Shown here piece by piece: positions 10,617-20,459 of a DNA stretch of 64,000 bases. Both the position numbers and the translations under genes were made by a program. The notes under the pieces were generated by a model. That model saw nothing but the letters and a program-made list of their open reading frames with translations. It searched no databases and was not told the origin of the DNA. This DNA is from an uncultured Thermoplasmata archaeon. GTDB lineage: Archaea > Thermoplasmatota > Thermoplasmata > Lutacidiplasmatales > UBA184. The stretch lies in NCBI GenBank assembly GCA_963809035.1, contig CAWEHV010000002.1, positions 1,932,570 through 1,996,569 on the forward strand, in the 5' to 3' direction. Numbering within the stretch: the first letter of the stretch is position 1; each line of letters begins with the position of its first letter.

Positions 10617-11468
10617 ATGGGCGTCACCGACTGCCACGTGCACATCAACCCAATCTGGGAAATGCGGCCCGACGCGGCCGAGCTGCTCGGCTACGCGGCT
10701 TCCGCTCCGTCGCGGTACCTCACCGACCCGTCGGCCTTCCTTGCGTACCTCACGGCCTCGGGCGTCGAACGGGCCGTTCTTGTCAACTACGTCGCGCCCG
10801 AGGTCATCGGCTACACGGAGAAGGCGAACGATTTCGTGTCCGAGTACGTCCGTGCCGACCCGGAGCGGCTCATCGCCGTCGGCGGGCTGCGTCCGGACCA
10901 TCCGGACCCCGAGCGCGAGGTGGCCCGACTGGCGGACGATCTCCATCTTCGGGCGATCAAGCTCCATCCCCCGCACCAGGGATTCCGTCCGAACGCCTAC
11001 GCGGACGGGGACCTCCCCGGCCTCCGCTCGCTCTACGCGGCGTGCGTACGCTACGACCTCCCCGTGATCTTCCATACGGGCACGAGCGTCTTCCCCCGCG
11101 CTCGCAACCGGTTCGCCGACCCGATGATGATCGAGGACGTCGCGCTGGACTTCCCCGACCTCACGATCGTGCTCGCCCACGGAGGTCGGCCCCTCTGGAT
11201 GGAGACCGCGGTCTTCCTTACGCGGCGGTTCCCGAACGTCTGGCTGGAGGTCAGCGGGATCCCGCCGGCTCGCCTGCTCGACTATTTCCCGACGCTCGCC
11301 AAGCTGTCGGAGAAGGTCCTGTTCGGGACCGACTGGCCCGGACCCGGCGTCAAGGATATCCGGACGAACCTCGACGCCTTCCGGGCCCTCCCGATCCCGG
11401 CCGACGCCCAACGACGCATCCTCGAAGAGAATCCCCTGAAGGTCTTCCCTCGCCGGGGGCCGACCTGA
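10617..11468 (+). CDS. Amidohydrolase family 2 protein
   Basis: DCHVH, IKLHP, FHTG, LAHGG, LFGTDWP. Confidence 0.9.
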   Translation: MGVTDCHVHINPIWEMRPDAAELLGYAASAPSRYLTDPSAFLAYLTASGVERAVLVNYVAPEVIGYTEKANDFVSEYVRADPERLIAVGGLRPDHPDPEREVARLADDLHLRAIKLHPPHQGFRPNAYADGDLPGLRSLYAACVRYDLPVIFHTGTSVFPRARNRFADPMMIEDVALDFPDLTIVLAHGGRPLWMETAVFLTRRFPNVWLEVSGIPPARLLDYFPTLAKLSEKVLFGTDWPGPGVKDIRTNLDAFRALPIPADAQRRILEENPLKVFPRRGPT

Positions 11469-11493
11469 AATACTGCGCTCGGCTCGGCGGCCC

Positions 11494-11925
11494 GTGACGA
11501 GCGACGCGGGCCCGGCCGAGACGGACGGTACACCTCCCGCCCCCGAGGGGGAGGCGCCCGCCCCGGTCCTCGAGGTCGTGGAAGCCGGCGAGGACGTCGG
11601 TCGCCTACCGCTCCCTCGACGTACCCGTGGGGAGGTGTTCGGCATCGCGAACCAGTTGCTCGGCGCCGCGCGCATCCGTGTGATGTGCGAGGACAACGTC
11701 GCCCGCATGGGCCGGATCACCGGGAAGATGAAGAAGAAAATGTGGATCCGGGAGGGTGACCTCCTCATCCTCCGTCCGTGGGGCTTCCAGGAGGGGAAGG
11801 CGGACATCCTGTTCCGGTACAGCCGCACCCAGGCCCAGTACCTCGCCCGTCGCAACCTCTTGCCCTCCTCGGTGAACCTGTTCGGGTCGTCCGAGGCGAA
11901 GCCGGAGCCCGCCCCGACTACGTAG
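11494..11925 (+). CDS. eif1a: Translation initiation factor aIF-1A
   Basis: LLGAARIRVMCEDNVARMGRITGKMKKKMWIREGDL. Confidence 0.93.
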   Translation: MTSDAGPAETDGTPPAPEGEAPAPVLEVVEAGEDVGRLPLPRRTRGEVFGIANQLLGAARIRVMCEDNVARMGRITGKMKKKMWIREGDLLILRPWGFQEGKADILFRYSRTQAQYLARRNLLPSSVNLFGSSEAKPEPAPTT

Positions 11926-11932
11926 GAGGACC

Positions 11933-13429
11933 ATGGGGGTCCCCCTCGACCGTCCGGTCACGTCGGAAGAGATGGCCGTCGCCGAATCGAACGCGCAGGC
12001 GCTCGGCCTCTCCACGGACGTGCTGATGGAGAATGCCGGCCGAGTGGTGGCGGAGGAGGTCGTCCGCTCCCTGCCTACCCCGCAGTCCCGGGTCGCGGTC
12101 GTGGCCGGTCCCGGGAACAACGGGGGAGACGGAACGTGTGCGACCCACTACCTCCTCGAATGGGGCTACCGCCCCGAGGTCTGGATGGTCCAGCCGCCCT
12201 CCCAGATCCGTTCGAGCGCGGCCCGACGGTGCTTCGACCGGCTGGCGCGCCGAGGTCCGGTGCACACGGGCGTGCCGAGCGCCGGGGAGCTCGCGGCGTT
12301 CCCCCTCATCGTCGACGCGATCCTGGGCACCGGACAGACCGGACCCCTCCGCTCCCCCTTCCGAGAGGCCGTCCGTGCTATTCGGGAAAGCGGGGTGCCC
12401 ATCCTCGCGGTGGACGTGCCGACCGGGGCGACCGACCCGGACGGATTGCGGCCCCAGCGCACGGTCGCCCTGGCCGCTCCGAAGGCGGAGTTCGCCGCGG
12501 CCTCGCCGGGAGAGGTCACCGTCCGGGATATCGGGATCCCCGACGCGGCCTGGAAGGAGACGGGACCCGGCGATTTCCTCTTCCTTCGTCGCGCGCACGG
12601 GCCCGAGGGTCGGGGCCGCACGGGTCGTCTGATCGTGATCGGCGGCGGACCCTACGCTGGGGCACCCGCGCTCGCCGGCCTCGCTGCGCTCCGGTCTGGA
12701 GCGGAGCGCGCCACGATCTTGGCTCCCGGCGGCGCCGCGGACCGGATCCAGTCGTTCAGCCCGAACTTGATCGTCCGAGCCTTCGGCCGGGACCGATTCA
12801 CCCCCGCGGACGTCGGACCGATGCTGCGGTTCCTCGACCAGAGCCCGCCGCGCGCGGTCGTCATGGGGATGGGGGTCGGCACCGAATCCGAAACCCTCGA
12901 GGCGCTGCGGGGACTTACCCGCTCGATCGTGGGACGGTACCCGCTCGTGATCGACGCCGACGCGCTCGCGGTGCTCCCCGATATCGTCCGGGGCCGCACG
13001 CTAGCGCATCCGGTCCTCGCCACCCCGAACGGTGGGGAGTTCACCCGCGTCTTCCACGGACCGAAGGACGGGACTCCGGACGAGCGGCGAGCGGTGGCTC
13101 GGGCCGCGAGCCAGGAGCTCGGGATCACGATCGTCGCCAAGGGCGACCCGGACCTGATCACCGAAGGGACCGAGGTCTACGAGAACCGCCACCACGCCCT
13201 TTCGATGACGGTGGGCGGTTCGGGAGACGTCCTCGGCGGAGTCCTCGGCAGCCTCCTCGCGCAGGGGCTGGGCGCCACCGGCGCGGCGCTCCTGGGGACC
13301 TACTGGGTGGGAGAGGCGGGTCTCCGGGTCGCGGCGACCCGGGGCGACGGCCTGGTGGCCACCGACCTCATCGAGGAGCTACCGGCGGTGCTCGTGGCCG
13401 GCCTCGGCCGCGTTCGCCATTCGGCGTGA
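11933..13429 (+). CDS. nnr: Bifunctional NAD(P)H-hydrate epimerase/dehydratase
   Basis: LMENAG, GNNGGDG, VDVPTG (YjeF_N) plus VIDADAL, TPNGGEF, GGSGDVL. Confidence 0.93.
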   Translation: MGVPLDRPVTSEEMAVAESNAQALGLSTDVLMENAGRVVAEEVVRSLPTPQSRVAVVAGPGNNGGDGTCATHYLLEWGYRPEVWMVQPPSQIRSSAARRCFDRLARRGPVHTGVPSAGELAAFPLIVDAILGTGQTGPLRSPFREAVRAIRESGVPILAVDVPTGATDPDGLRPQRTVALAAPKAEFAAASPGEVTVRDIGIPDAAWKETGPGDFLFLRRAHGPEGRGRTGRLIVIGGGPYAGAPALAGLAALRSGAERATILAPGGAADRIQSFSPNLIVRAFGRDRFTPADVGPMLRFLDQSPPRAVVMGMGVGTESETLEALRGLTRSIVGRYPLVIDADALAVLPDIVRGRTLAHPVLATPNGGEFTRVFHGPKDGTPDERRAVARAASQELGITIVAKGDPDLITEGTEVYENRHHALSMTVGGSGDVLGGVLGSLLAQGLGATGAALLGTYWVGEAGLRVAATRGDGLVATDLIEELPAVLVAGLGRVRHSA

Positions 13430-13435
13430 TCGACC

Positions 13436-14086
13436 TCAGGAATACCGCATCCGGCCGCGGATCTCCTTCGCGCGCTGTCGAACGTTCTTCGCGCCCTCCG
13501 GATTTCCTTCCACGTACCCTTCGTGGAACGCCCGGAGGAGGGCCTCGGCCTTGGGGTGGAGGGCTTTCAGGTCGCCCTCCGCGAGGTGCAGGTCGATCCC
13601 GAGCTCCTCGACGCCCGGGCTGCGGCTGCCCATCGAGAGGTCGATGAACGCGGGGGCTCCCGCCGGACCGTCGGGAAAGAGTACGTTCGAGCTCGTGAGG
13701 TCCCCATGCGAGATGCCACCGGCGTGCAAGCGACCCAAGGCCCTCCCAAAGGAACGGACGGCTTGGCTGACGAGCTCGGCCTCCTGGTTCGGGTCCTCGA
13801 GGATCTCCTTCAGGGTCGGCCCGGGCAGCTCCTCGAGGATGAGCCGGTGGCGGGGAAGGTCGATGTCGTACAGGATCGGGGTCCGAACTCCCAGGCGGCG
13901 AGCGTCGACCAGGAGGCGCGCCTCCGTCCGGGTCCGTTCCCGTCGCAGGCGGTCGTCGAGCGCCTTGGGGCGATAGGACTTCGCGTCCCGCTCCTTGGCG
14001 AGGGCGGGGAACCCCCACCAGTCGACCCGGCGCAAGGCGGCCTCGGCCCCCCGGGCCGTGGGAGCCGCCTCGGAGCTCTCGGCCAT
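13436..14086 (-). CDS. bud32: KEOPS complex kinase Bud32 (stand-alone)
   Basis: RGAEA, KSYRPKALDDRLRRERTRTEARLL, HGDLTSSN, GIDLHL, IRGRMRY. Confidence 0.9.
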   Translation of the reverse strand: MAESSEAAPTARGAEAALRRVDWWGFPALAKERDAKSYRPKALDDRLRRERTRTEARLLVDARRLGVRTPILYDIDLPRHRLILEELPGPTLKEILEDPNQEAELVSQAVRSFGRALGRLHAGGISHGDLTSSNVLFPDGPAGAPAFIDLSMGSRSPGVEELGIDLHLAEGDLKALHPKAEALLRAFHEGYVEGNPEGAKNVRQRAKEIRGRMRYS

Positions 14087-14097
14087 CGGCTCGTCCC

Positions 14098-14973
14098 TCA
14101 GTGGGTGGAACGGCTGGCGGCGCGGCGGACGATCGCCTCGCGGGCGAGACGCGCGGCGAGGGCGCTGGTGTTGCCCGTATCGTAATGGGGGCTGACCTCC
14201 ATGATGTCCATCCCGACCAGTCGCGGGGCCGCTTGATCGATGACGAACTTGACGTCCCGTGGCGTCAGTCCGAAAGGCTCCGGCGTCCCGGTCCCGCCGG
14301 CGTAGGCGGGGTCGATCGCGTCGATGTCGAGCGAGATGTAGAGCCGGTCGGTGCGGAGCATGTTGAGCGCGCGCTGGACCGCCGACTCGATCCCCTCGCG
14401 GGCGATCTCGTGGGCGGTGACGAACGACATGCCGAGCTCCCGGTTGTCGTCCATCTCCTCCGCCGAGACCGAGCGAACTCCCATCACCACGATGTTCCGT
14501 GCCCCCACCTTCTCGAGGATCCGGCGAGAAGAGCACCCGTGGCTCCGTCGGTCCCCGAGGTAGCTCGACCGGAAGTCCATGTGGGCGTCCAGGTAGAGCA
14601 CTCCGAGGCTCGGGGCGCCGTCCGGGTACGCCTCGACCACCGGAGGCGAGCAGGCGTGGTCTCCCCCGAGCACGATCGGGACCTTGCCGGCGGCATACAG
14701 GGGCCGGATCTCCGCCCGGAGCGAATTGGCCATGTCTTCAGCCGAACCGAATTCCTCGGTGTTCCCGAGGTCGTGGATCGCGATGTCGGAAAGGTCGAGG
14801 CCGGTCTCGAGGTCGTACGACTCGAAATTCCAGGAGTGTTGGCGGATCGAGTCCGGTCCGAACCGGGCTCCAGGGCGGAACGAGGTCGTCCGGTCGAACG
14901 GAACGCCGACCACGACGTACTCCGACTCTTCGAGCGTCGCGGATGCGTCGGCGAAGGTCGTGGGGCGCTGCAC
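14098..14973 (-). CDS. speB: Agmatinase
   Basis: TTSFRPGARFGP, GGDH, DAHMD, SLDIDAIDP, GTGTPEPFG. Confidence 0.92.
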   Translation of the reverse strand: MQRPTTFADASATLEESEYVVVGVPFDRTTSFRPGARFGPDSIRQHSWNFESYDLETGLDLSDIAIHDLGNTEEFGSAEDMANSLRAEIRPLYAAGKVPIVLGGDHACSPPVVEAYPDGAPSLGVLYLDAHMDFRSSYLGDRRSHGCSSRRILEKVGARNIVVMGVRSVSAEEMDDNRELGMSFVTAHEIAREGIESAVQRALNMLRTDRLYISLDIDAIDPAYAGGTGTPEPFGLTPRDVKFVIDQAAPRLVGMDIMEVSPHYDTGNTSALAARLAREAIVRRAASRSTH

Positions 14974-15007
14974 GGACGACGGACGGCGGTGGGCTATATC
15001 ACGGTGG

Positions 15008-16213
15008 TCAGGACAAGGGGGGAGCGCCCGCCCCGACGAGCGGGACCTCGGGGGCGCGTCCCTGGAGGCGCGCGCGGATCCCGACCTCTCCGTACAGGAA
15101 CTCCATGACCGCGAGCGAGAGGATCGTGGTCGCGATCGCCATCCAGAACAGTCCCGCATAGCCCCAGAACTCGAGGAAGATCGCCCCGACCAGTGGCCCG
15201 GCGCTCCACATCGTGGAATTGATGAGCGAGAAGAAGCCCAAGTACTCCGCGCGATGGCCCTCGGGGGCGATCTCCGCGACATAGGCCTGCATGCCCGTGC
15301 CGACGAGCGAGAGGCCCGCGTTGCGCACGGCCTGGGCCGGTATCGTGTCGACCCACTCGGTCGAGAGCATGAACAGGCCATACGAGACCAGGGTGAGGAC
15401 TGTGCCATACCATACTCCCCGGATCGCGCCCCGGCGGTCGATCATCCGCCCGAGCGGGAGCGAGACCAGAGCACCCGTCAGGAGCCCGGCGATCGCGACG
15501 ATCCCCACCTCCAGGTCGTTCGCCCCGAGGCTGTAGGCCAGGTAGCCGTAGAACGTCGCGACCGCACCGCTGCCCAGCGCGCGGATGGAGACGGCGAACG
15601 AGAACGTGGCGACCGGTACCATCTCGCGGAGCGGGCGGCGTTTCGGCGTTGGCTTGACCCGGCTCTCGGGGACCACGAAGATGACCACCGAGAGCGTCCC
15701 CACCATCACGATGACGACGAACGGGAACAGGACCTGGAGACCGTACCAGTAGGTGAGGACCCCGGCGAGGATGAACCCGACGACGGCCCCGGCATTGGAC
15801 GTCGCGTTGAGCAGCCCATACCCCTCGCCGCGCTCGTGGGAACCGGTGACGTCCGCAACGTACGCGGTGTAAGCCGGTCCCCCGATCGCGAGCGCGAGCT
15901 CGGCCGCGATGAACAGGGTGCCGGCGAGCTGCCACCCCGGAGCGAATACGATCGCGAGGAACAGAGGGAACGCCGCCGCCTCACCGAGCAGGAGGAACGG
16001 GCGTCGGCGACCGACTCGATCCGAGAGGCGCCCGACCAACGGGCCGATGAGGCTCGCCGGGATGTACGCGAGGCTCAGGATGACCAGCGCGGCCGGGAGC
16101 GACGCGCCTTTGACCTGGACGAGGTAGAGCGGAAGGAAGACGATGAACAGCCCACCCCGGTTGCTCGCCAGCAGGGAGTAGAGGGAGAGCGAGAACAGCT
16201 CCCGGCGGACCAC
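15008..16213 (-). CDS. MFS transporter
   Basis: About 12 TM helices; motif A GRLSDRVGRR. Confidence 0.9.
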   Translation of the reverse strand: MVRRELFSLSLYSLLASNRGGLFIVFLPLYLVQVKGASLPAALVILSLAYIPASLIGPLVGRLSDRVGRRRPFLLLGEAAAFPLFLAIVFAPGWQLAGTLFIAAELALAIGGPAYTAYVADVTGSHERGEGYGLLNATSNAGAVVGFILAGVLTYWYGLQVLFPFVVIVMVGTLSVVIFVVPESRVKPTPKRRPLREMVPVATFSFAVSIRALGSGAVATFYGYLAYSLGANDLEVGIVAIAGLLTGALVSLPLGRMIDRRGAIRGVWYGTVLTLVSYGLFMLSTEWVDTIPAQAVRNAGLSLVGTGMQAYVAEIAPEGHRAEYLGFFSLINSTMWSAGPLVGAIFLEFWGYAGLFWMAIATTILSLAVMEFLYGEVGIRARLQGRAPEVPLVGAGAPPLS

Positions 16214-16331
16214 GCGGGCCGAACGGGACCCGTTACATAGGGTTCGCCCCGCCCCCGCGGCGGCCTCTCACGAGGGTCGGAGAGGATGCATTAAAAGCGG
16301 AGGGCGGCCTCGTGGGCTCGGAGGAGGGTCG

Positions 16332-17117
16332 ATGCCAGAGGGTGGGCTCGTCGAGCGGAAGAGCGAGGAGGACGGTGTCGAGGTCCTGATCCTGAAGAAC
16401 CCTCCCGTGAATGCCCTCAGCACCGCGCTGCTCGCGGAGCTCGACCGCCACCTTACGGAAATTGAAGCCGACGCCCGGGTTCGGGCGGTCATCCTCACGG
16501 GCGATGGCCAGTACTTCAGTGCCGGCGCCGACCTCAAGGAGATGGCCGGGCTCGACCTCGCGAGCGCGCCGGACGTCGTTCGACGAGGCCATGCCCTCTT
16601 CGCCCGCATCGCAGCCCTCCGACCGCCGGTGGTCGCGGCGATCAACGGTCTCGCGCTCGGAGGCGGCCTCGAGCTGGCTCTGTCGGCCGACCTGCGGGTC
16701 GCGGGGGACTCGGCGAAACTGGGGGCGCCCGAGGTCAACTACGGCCTCATGCCGGCGTACGGCGGAACGCAGCGGCTTCCCCGGACGATCGGTCTCTCCA
16801 AGGCCAAGGAACTCATCTTCACGGGCGCGATGATCTCCGCGCCCGAGGCGCTCCGGATCGGTCTGGTCAACAAGACCGTCCCGGCCGGCCAGGAACTGCG
16901 GGCCGCACGGGACCTGGCGCACTCGATCGCCCAAAAAGCGCCGAAAGCGGTACAAGCCGCGAAGAAGGCGATCAACGAAGGGATCGCGAAACCCCTCTCG
17001 GAGGGGATCGAGATCGAGACGGGCCTCTTCGCCTCCCAGGTGCTCCCCTCGTCCGACCTTGGGGAGGGCCTCCTCGCGTTCGTCGAGCGCCGCCCGCCCA
17101 AGTTCCAGGGAGCCTAG
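16332..17117 (+). CDS. Enoyl-CoA hydratase (crotonase)
   Basis: FSAGADL, GGGLELAL, PEVNYGLMPAYGGTQRL. Confidence 0.93.
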   Translation: MPEGGLVERKSEEDGVEVLILKNPPVNALSTALLAELDRHLTEIEADARVRAVILTGDGQYFSAGADLKEMAGLDLASAPDVVRRGHALFARIAALRPPVVAAINGLALGGGLELALSADLRVAGDSAKLGAPEVNYGLMPAYGGTQRLPRTIGLSKAKELIFTGAMISAPEALRIGLVNKTVPAGQELRAARDLAHSIAQKAPKAVQAAKKAINEGIAKPLSEGIEIETGLFASQVLPSSDLGEGLLAFVERRPPKFQGA

Positions 17118-17119
17118 CG

Positions 17120-18313
17120 ATGGCCATCGAGTTCTCGTTCACCCCCGACCAGGAGGCGTTCCGCGAGGCGGCCCGCGCGTTCCTCCAGAAGGAGGTCGCG
17201 CCGATCGTCGTGGAGATGGACGAGAAGGAGGAGTTCCCCGCGGCCTCCGTCCGACGGATGCAGGAGGAGGGCTACTTCGGCATCCCGATCCCCGAGGCGT
17301 ACGGGGGCCTCGGCCTCGGCAAGGTCGGCTACTGCCTCTTCCTCGAAGAGCTGGGGAAGGTCGACGCCTCGCATGGAGTGATCGTGGGGGCTCACACCTC
17401 GCTCGGCACGACCCCGCTCCTATACTATGGGACGGAGGAGCAGAAGCGGCGCTGGCTCATCCCCGCCGCCAAAGGAGAGCGACTCCTCGCGTTCAGCCTG
17501 ACGGAGCCGGGCTCGGGAAGCGATTCCGGGGCCCTTCGGACGGTCGCGGAGAAGAAGGGCGACCGTTGGGTCCTCACCGGCAACAAGATCTACGTTTCGA
17601 ACGGGCGCGAAGCCGGGACCGTCATCCTCCTGGCCGGGAACGACATCAAGCTCGGTCCCAACGGAGGGGTCACCGCCTTTCTGGTCGACACCGACGCCGC
17701 CGGGTTCAAGGTCGGACGGTGCGAGAAGAAGATGGGACTCCACGGCACCTCGACCGCCGAGTTCGTCCTGGACCACGTCGAGCTCGGCCCGGAGTGCGTG
17801 CTCGGCGAGGTCGGGAAGGGATTCGCCGTGGCGATGACGGCCCTCGACGTCGGGCGTGTGTCCCTCGGCGCCGCCTCCCTCGGCGGCATCGAGGCCGCCC
17901 TCGCCGGCGCGCTCCAGTTCTCGCAGAACCGAACGCAGTTCGGCCTGCCGATCAGCGAGTACCAGGCGATCCAGTTCAAGCTCGCCGACATGGCGATGCG
18001 CGCCCAGGCCCTCCGGCTGCTCGTCTACCACGCCGCGGCCCACCAGGACCGGATGGGCTCCGACCCGAAAGCCTGGGGTCGGCTCGAGCGGGCGGAGAAG
18101 ACCCGCGAATCGTCGATCGTGAAGTGCCTCGCCTCGGAATGGGCGAGCGAGGTCATCGACGAGGCGCTCCAGATCCACGGGGGACTCGGGTACATCCGCG
18201 GCACGCCCATCGAGCGAGCCTACCGGGACGCGCGGATCAGCGAGATCTTCGAAGGGACGAACGAGATCCAGCGGCTCGTGATCTCGCGGGACCTCATCGC
18301 ACGGGGCTGGTAG
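17120..18313 (+). CDS. Acyl-CoA dehydrogenase
   Basis: FSLTEPGSGSD, QIHGGLGY, IFEGTNEIQR. Confidence 0.95.
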   Translation: MAIEFSFTPDQEAFREAARAFLQKEVAPIVVEMDEKEEFPAASVRRMQEEGYFGIPIPEAYGGLGLGKVGYCLFLEELGKVDASHGVIVGAHTSLGTTPLLYYGTEEQKRRWLIPAAKGERLLAFSLTEPGSGSDSGALRTVAEKKGDRWVLTGNKIYVSNGREAGTVILLAGNDIKLGPNGGVTAFLVDTDAAGFKVGRCEKKMGLHGTSTAEFVLDHVELGPECVLGEVGKGFAVAMTALDVGRVSLGAASLGGIEAALAGALQFSQNRTQFGLPISEYQAIQFKLADMAMRAQALRLLVYHAAAHQDRMGSDPKAWGRLERAEKTRESSIVKCLASEWASEVIDEALQIHGGLGYIRGTPIERAYRDARISEIFEGTNEIQRLVISRDLIARGW

Positions 18314-20024
18314 GGGCTCCGGCCGGGGCGGCGCTCGTCGCCGCGATCGACTCCTCCTTCAGGACCCGCCGCAGCACCTTTTGGACCCCGCTCCGAGGCA
18401 GGCTCGTTCGGAACTCGATGGTGCGGGGCGCCTTGTAGTGGGCGATCCGTTCCCGGACGAACGCGATCAGCTCGGACTCGGTCGCCGGGATCCCGGGCTT
18501 GAGGACGACGAACGCCTTCACCACTTCGCCGTGTCCGGCGTCCGGGACGCCGATCGCGGCCGCCTCGGCGATCGCGGGGTGCTGGTAGAGCACCTCCTCG
18601 ACCTCGCGCGGGTAGAGCTTCATCCCTCCGACGTTGATCGTGTCCTTCTTCCGGTCGACGATGTACGCGAAGCCGTCCGCGTCGATGCGGGCGATGTCCC
18701 CGGTGCGGAACCAGCCGTCACGCAGCACCATCGCGGTCTCCGCCTCGTTGTGATAGTACCCCAGCATGACCTGGGGGCCGTAGACCGCGAGCTCGCCGAC
18801 CTCGCCCACCGCGAGCACCCGGGTCCCGGTCTCCGCGTCGACGATCCGCTGGTCCGTGTCCGGGACCGGGATCCCGATCGACCCGGCCCGACGTTCCCCC
18901 TCGGTGGGGTTCACGTGCGTCACCGGCGACGTCTCGCTGAGCCCGTACCCCTCGATCAGCGTTCCGCCGGTGAGTTCCTCGAACCGACGCGCAACCTCGA
19001 CCGGCAAGGGGGCCGAACCGCTCACACAGAACTTGATCGAGTGGATCTTGTGCTTCTCGATCCCCGGGGTCTGATTGAACGCCGTGTAGAGGGCGGGCAC
19101 TCCCGGGAACTGCGTGGGAGCGTACCGGTCCATGAGCTTGAGGAGCTCGGGCACGTCCGGTCGGGTCTGGATGACGATCGTGGCTCCGTCGGCGAGACCC
19201 GCGAGGAGCGCCACGGTCAGCGCGTAGATGTGAAAGAAGGGGATCGACGCGAGGAGTACCTCCTCGCCCGATTTTCGCCGGGTGTTCCAGGCGTTGATCT
19301 GGAGCAGGTTCGCGAATAGGTTCCGGTGCGTGAGCATCGCGGCCTTCGGGACACCGGTCGTGCCGCCCGTGTACTGGAGCACCGCCACCGAGGTCGCGGG
19401 GTCGCCGTGGAACTCGGGGAAGGAGCCGCGATAATGGACGGTCCACGTCCACGGACGTACCGTGGGGTCGTCCCGCGGGTAGGCGGTGGGGATCCCTCGT
19501 CGTTTGAGCACCATGTTGACGAACGGGCGCGTCCAGAACGGGTACAGCTCCCGGAGGCGGGCGACGTAGAGCACCGGCACCGCGAACTCGGGGCGAACCT
19601 TCGCGAGGTTCGGATAGAGGATCTCGAGGGTCACGAGGGCCTTGGGGGTGGAGTCCTTGAGCATACGGACCAGGTCTTGGCCGATATAGAGCGGGCTGAC
19701 CTGGACCACGACCGCCCCGAGCCGAAGGATCCCGAGCAGGGCGATCGGATAGGCGGGGCAGTTCGGAAGGTAGATCGCGACGCGATCCCCGGGCCCGACC
19801 CCATCGCGGGCGAGAGCGGCTGCAAAGTGTCCGCTCTCCTCCCATAGGCGGCGGTACGACCACTTCGCCCCATAGTAGATGAGGGCCGCTCGGTCGGGCC
19901 AGCGCTTCACGGCTTCCTCGATGACCTCGGGCAGCAGCTTCGGAGGGAGGTCGAGCGAGTGAGGGACTGAAGGCGGGTACCGGGTCAGCCAGACCCGGTC
20001 CCCCAAGGGGCGGGCGTCGGTCAA
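18294..20024 (-). CDS. fadD: Long-chain fatty acid-CoA ligase
   Basis: YTGGTTGVPK, EGYGLSE, RTGD, DRKKD; TTG start inferred. Confidence 0.9.
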   Translation of the reverse strand: MTDARPLGDRVWLTRYPPSVPHSLDLPPKLLPEVIEEAVKRWPDRAALIYYGAKWSYRRLWEESGHFAAALARDGVGPGDRVAIYLPNCPAYPIALLGILRLGAVVVQVSPLYIGQDLVRMLKDSTPKALVTLEILYPNLAKVRPEFAVPVLYVARLRELYPFWTRPFVNMVLKRRGIPTAYPRDDPTVRPWTWTVHYRGSFPEFHGDPATSVAVLQYTGGTTGVPKAAMLTHRNLFANLLQINAWNTRRKSGEEVLLASIPFFHIYALTVALLAGLADGATIVIQTRPDVPELLKLMDRYAPTQFPGVPALYTAFNQTPGIEKHKIHSIKFCVSGSAPLPVEVARRFEELTGGTLIEGYGLSETSPVTHVNPTEGERRAGSIGIPVPDTDQRIVDAETGTRVLAVGEVGELAVYGPQVMLGYYHNEAETAMVLRDGWFRTGDIARIDADGFAYIVDRKKDTINVGGMKLYPREVEEVLYQHPAIAEAAAIGVPDAGHGEVVKAFVVLKPGIPATESELIAFVRERIAHYKAPRTIEFRTSLPRSGVQKVLRRVLKEESIAATSAAPAGAPTSPVR

Positions 20025-20025
20025 T

Positions 20026-20448
20026 TCAAGCGACCTTCCCCGAGTCCCTTGCCTCGGCCTCCCGGGAGAACTGGACACCGGGCTTGTAGCTCGGTACGAA
20101 CCGGACGCGCTCCCCGATCGTGAGTCCTTCGACCGTGCGGACCGAGGGCATCCAACCGGTGATCCGACCGCCCCCGTCGAGCTCGACCACGACGTAGGCG
20201 TAGGGGGCGTCGTTGAGGAACTCGTCCCCGGGCACCGTGAGCACGGTGAACGCGACGACCTTGCCCGCCGAACCGAGCGCGTGCTCGAGCAGACCCACCT
20301 GGCCGCAGCGGGGGCAGGCGAGGTTCCAGGTAGCGGTGAGGAGGTCGCACTTCGGACAACGGAACCCCCGCAAGGGACCGCCCTGCTCGTACGAATGGAC
20401 CCACTCCTCGATCGTGTGGGGCGCCGCCGGCAGATTCTCAGACGACAT
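20026..20448 (-). CDS. DUF35-type Zn-ribbon/OB-fold protein (thiolase partner)
   Basis: CPKC...CPRC followed by OB fold (PYAYVVVELDGG); directly downstream of the thiolase. Confidence 0.88.
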   Translation of the reverse strand: MSSENLPAAPHTIEEWVHSYEQGGPLRGFRCPKCDLLTATWNLACPRCGQVGLLEHALGSAGKVVAFTVLTVPGDEFLNDAPYAYVVVELDGGGRITGWMPSVRTVEGLTIGERVRFVPSYKPGVQFSREAEARDSGKVA

Positions 20449-20459
20449 GTTCGGTCCTC

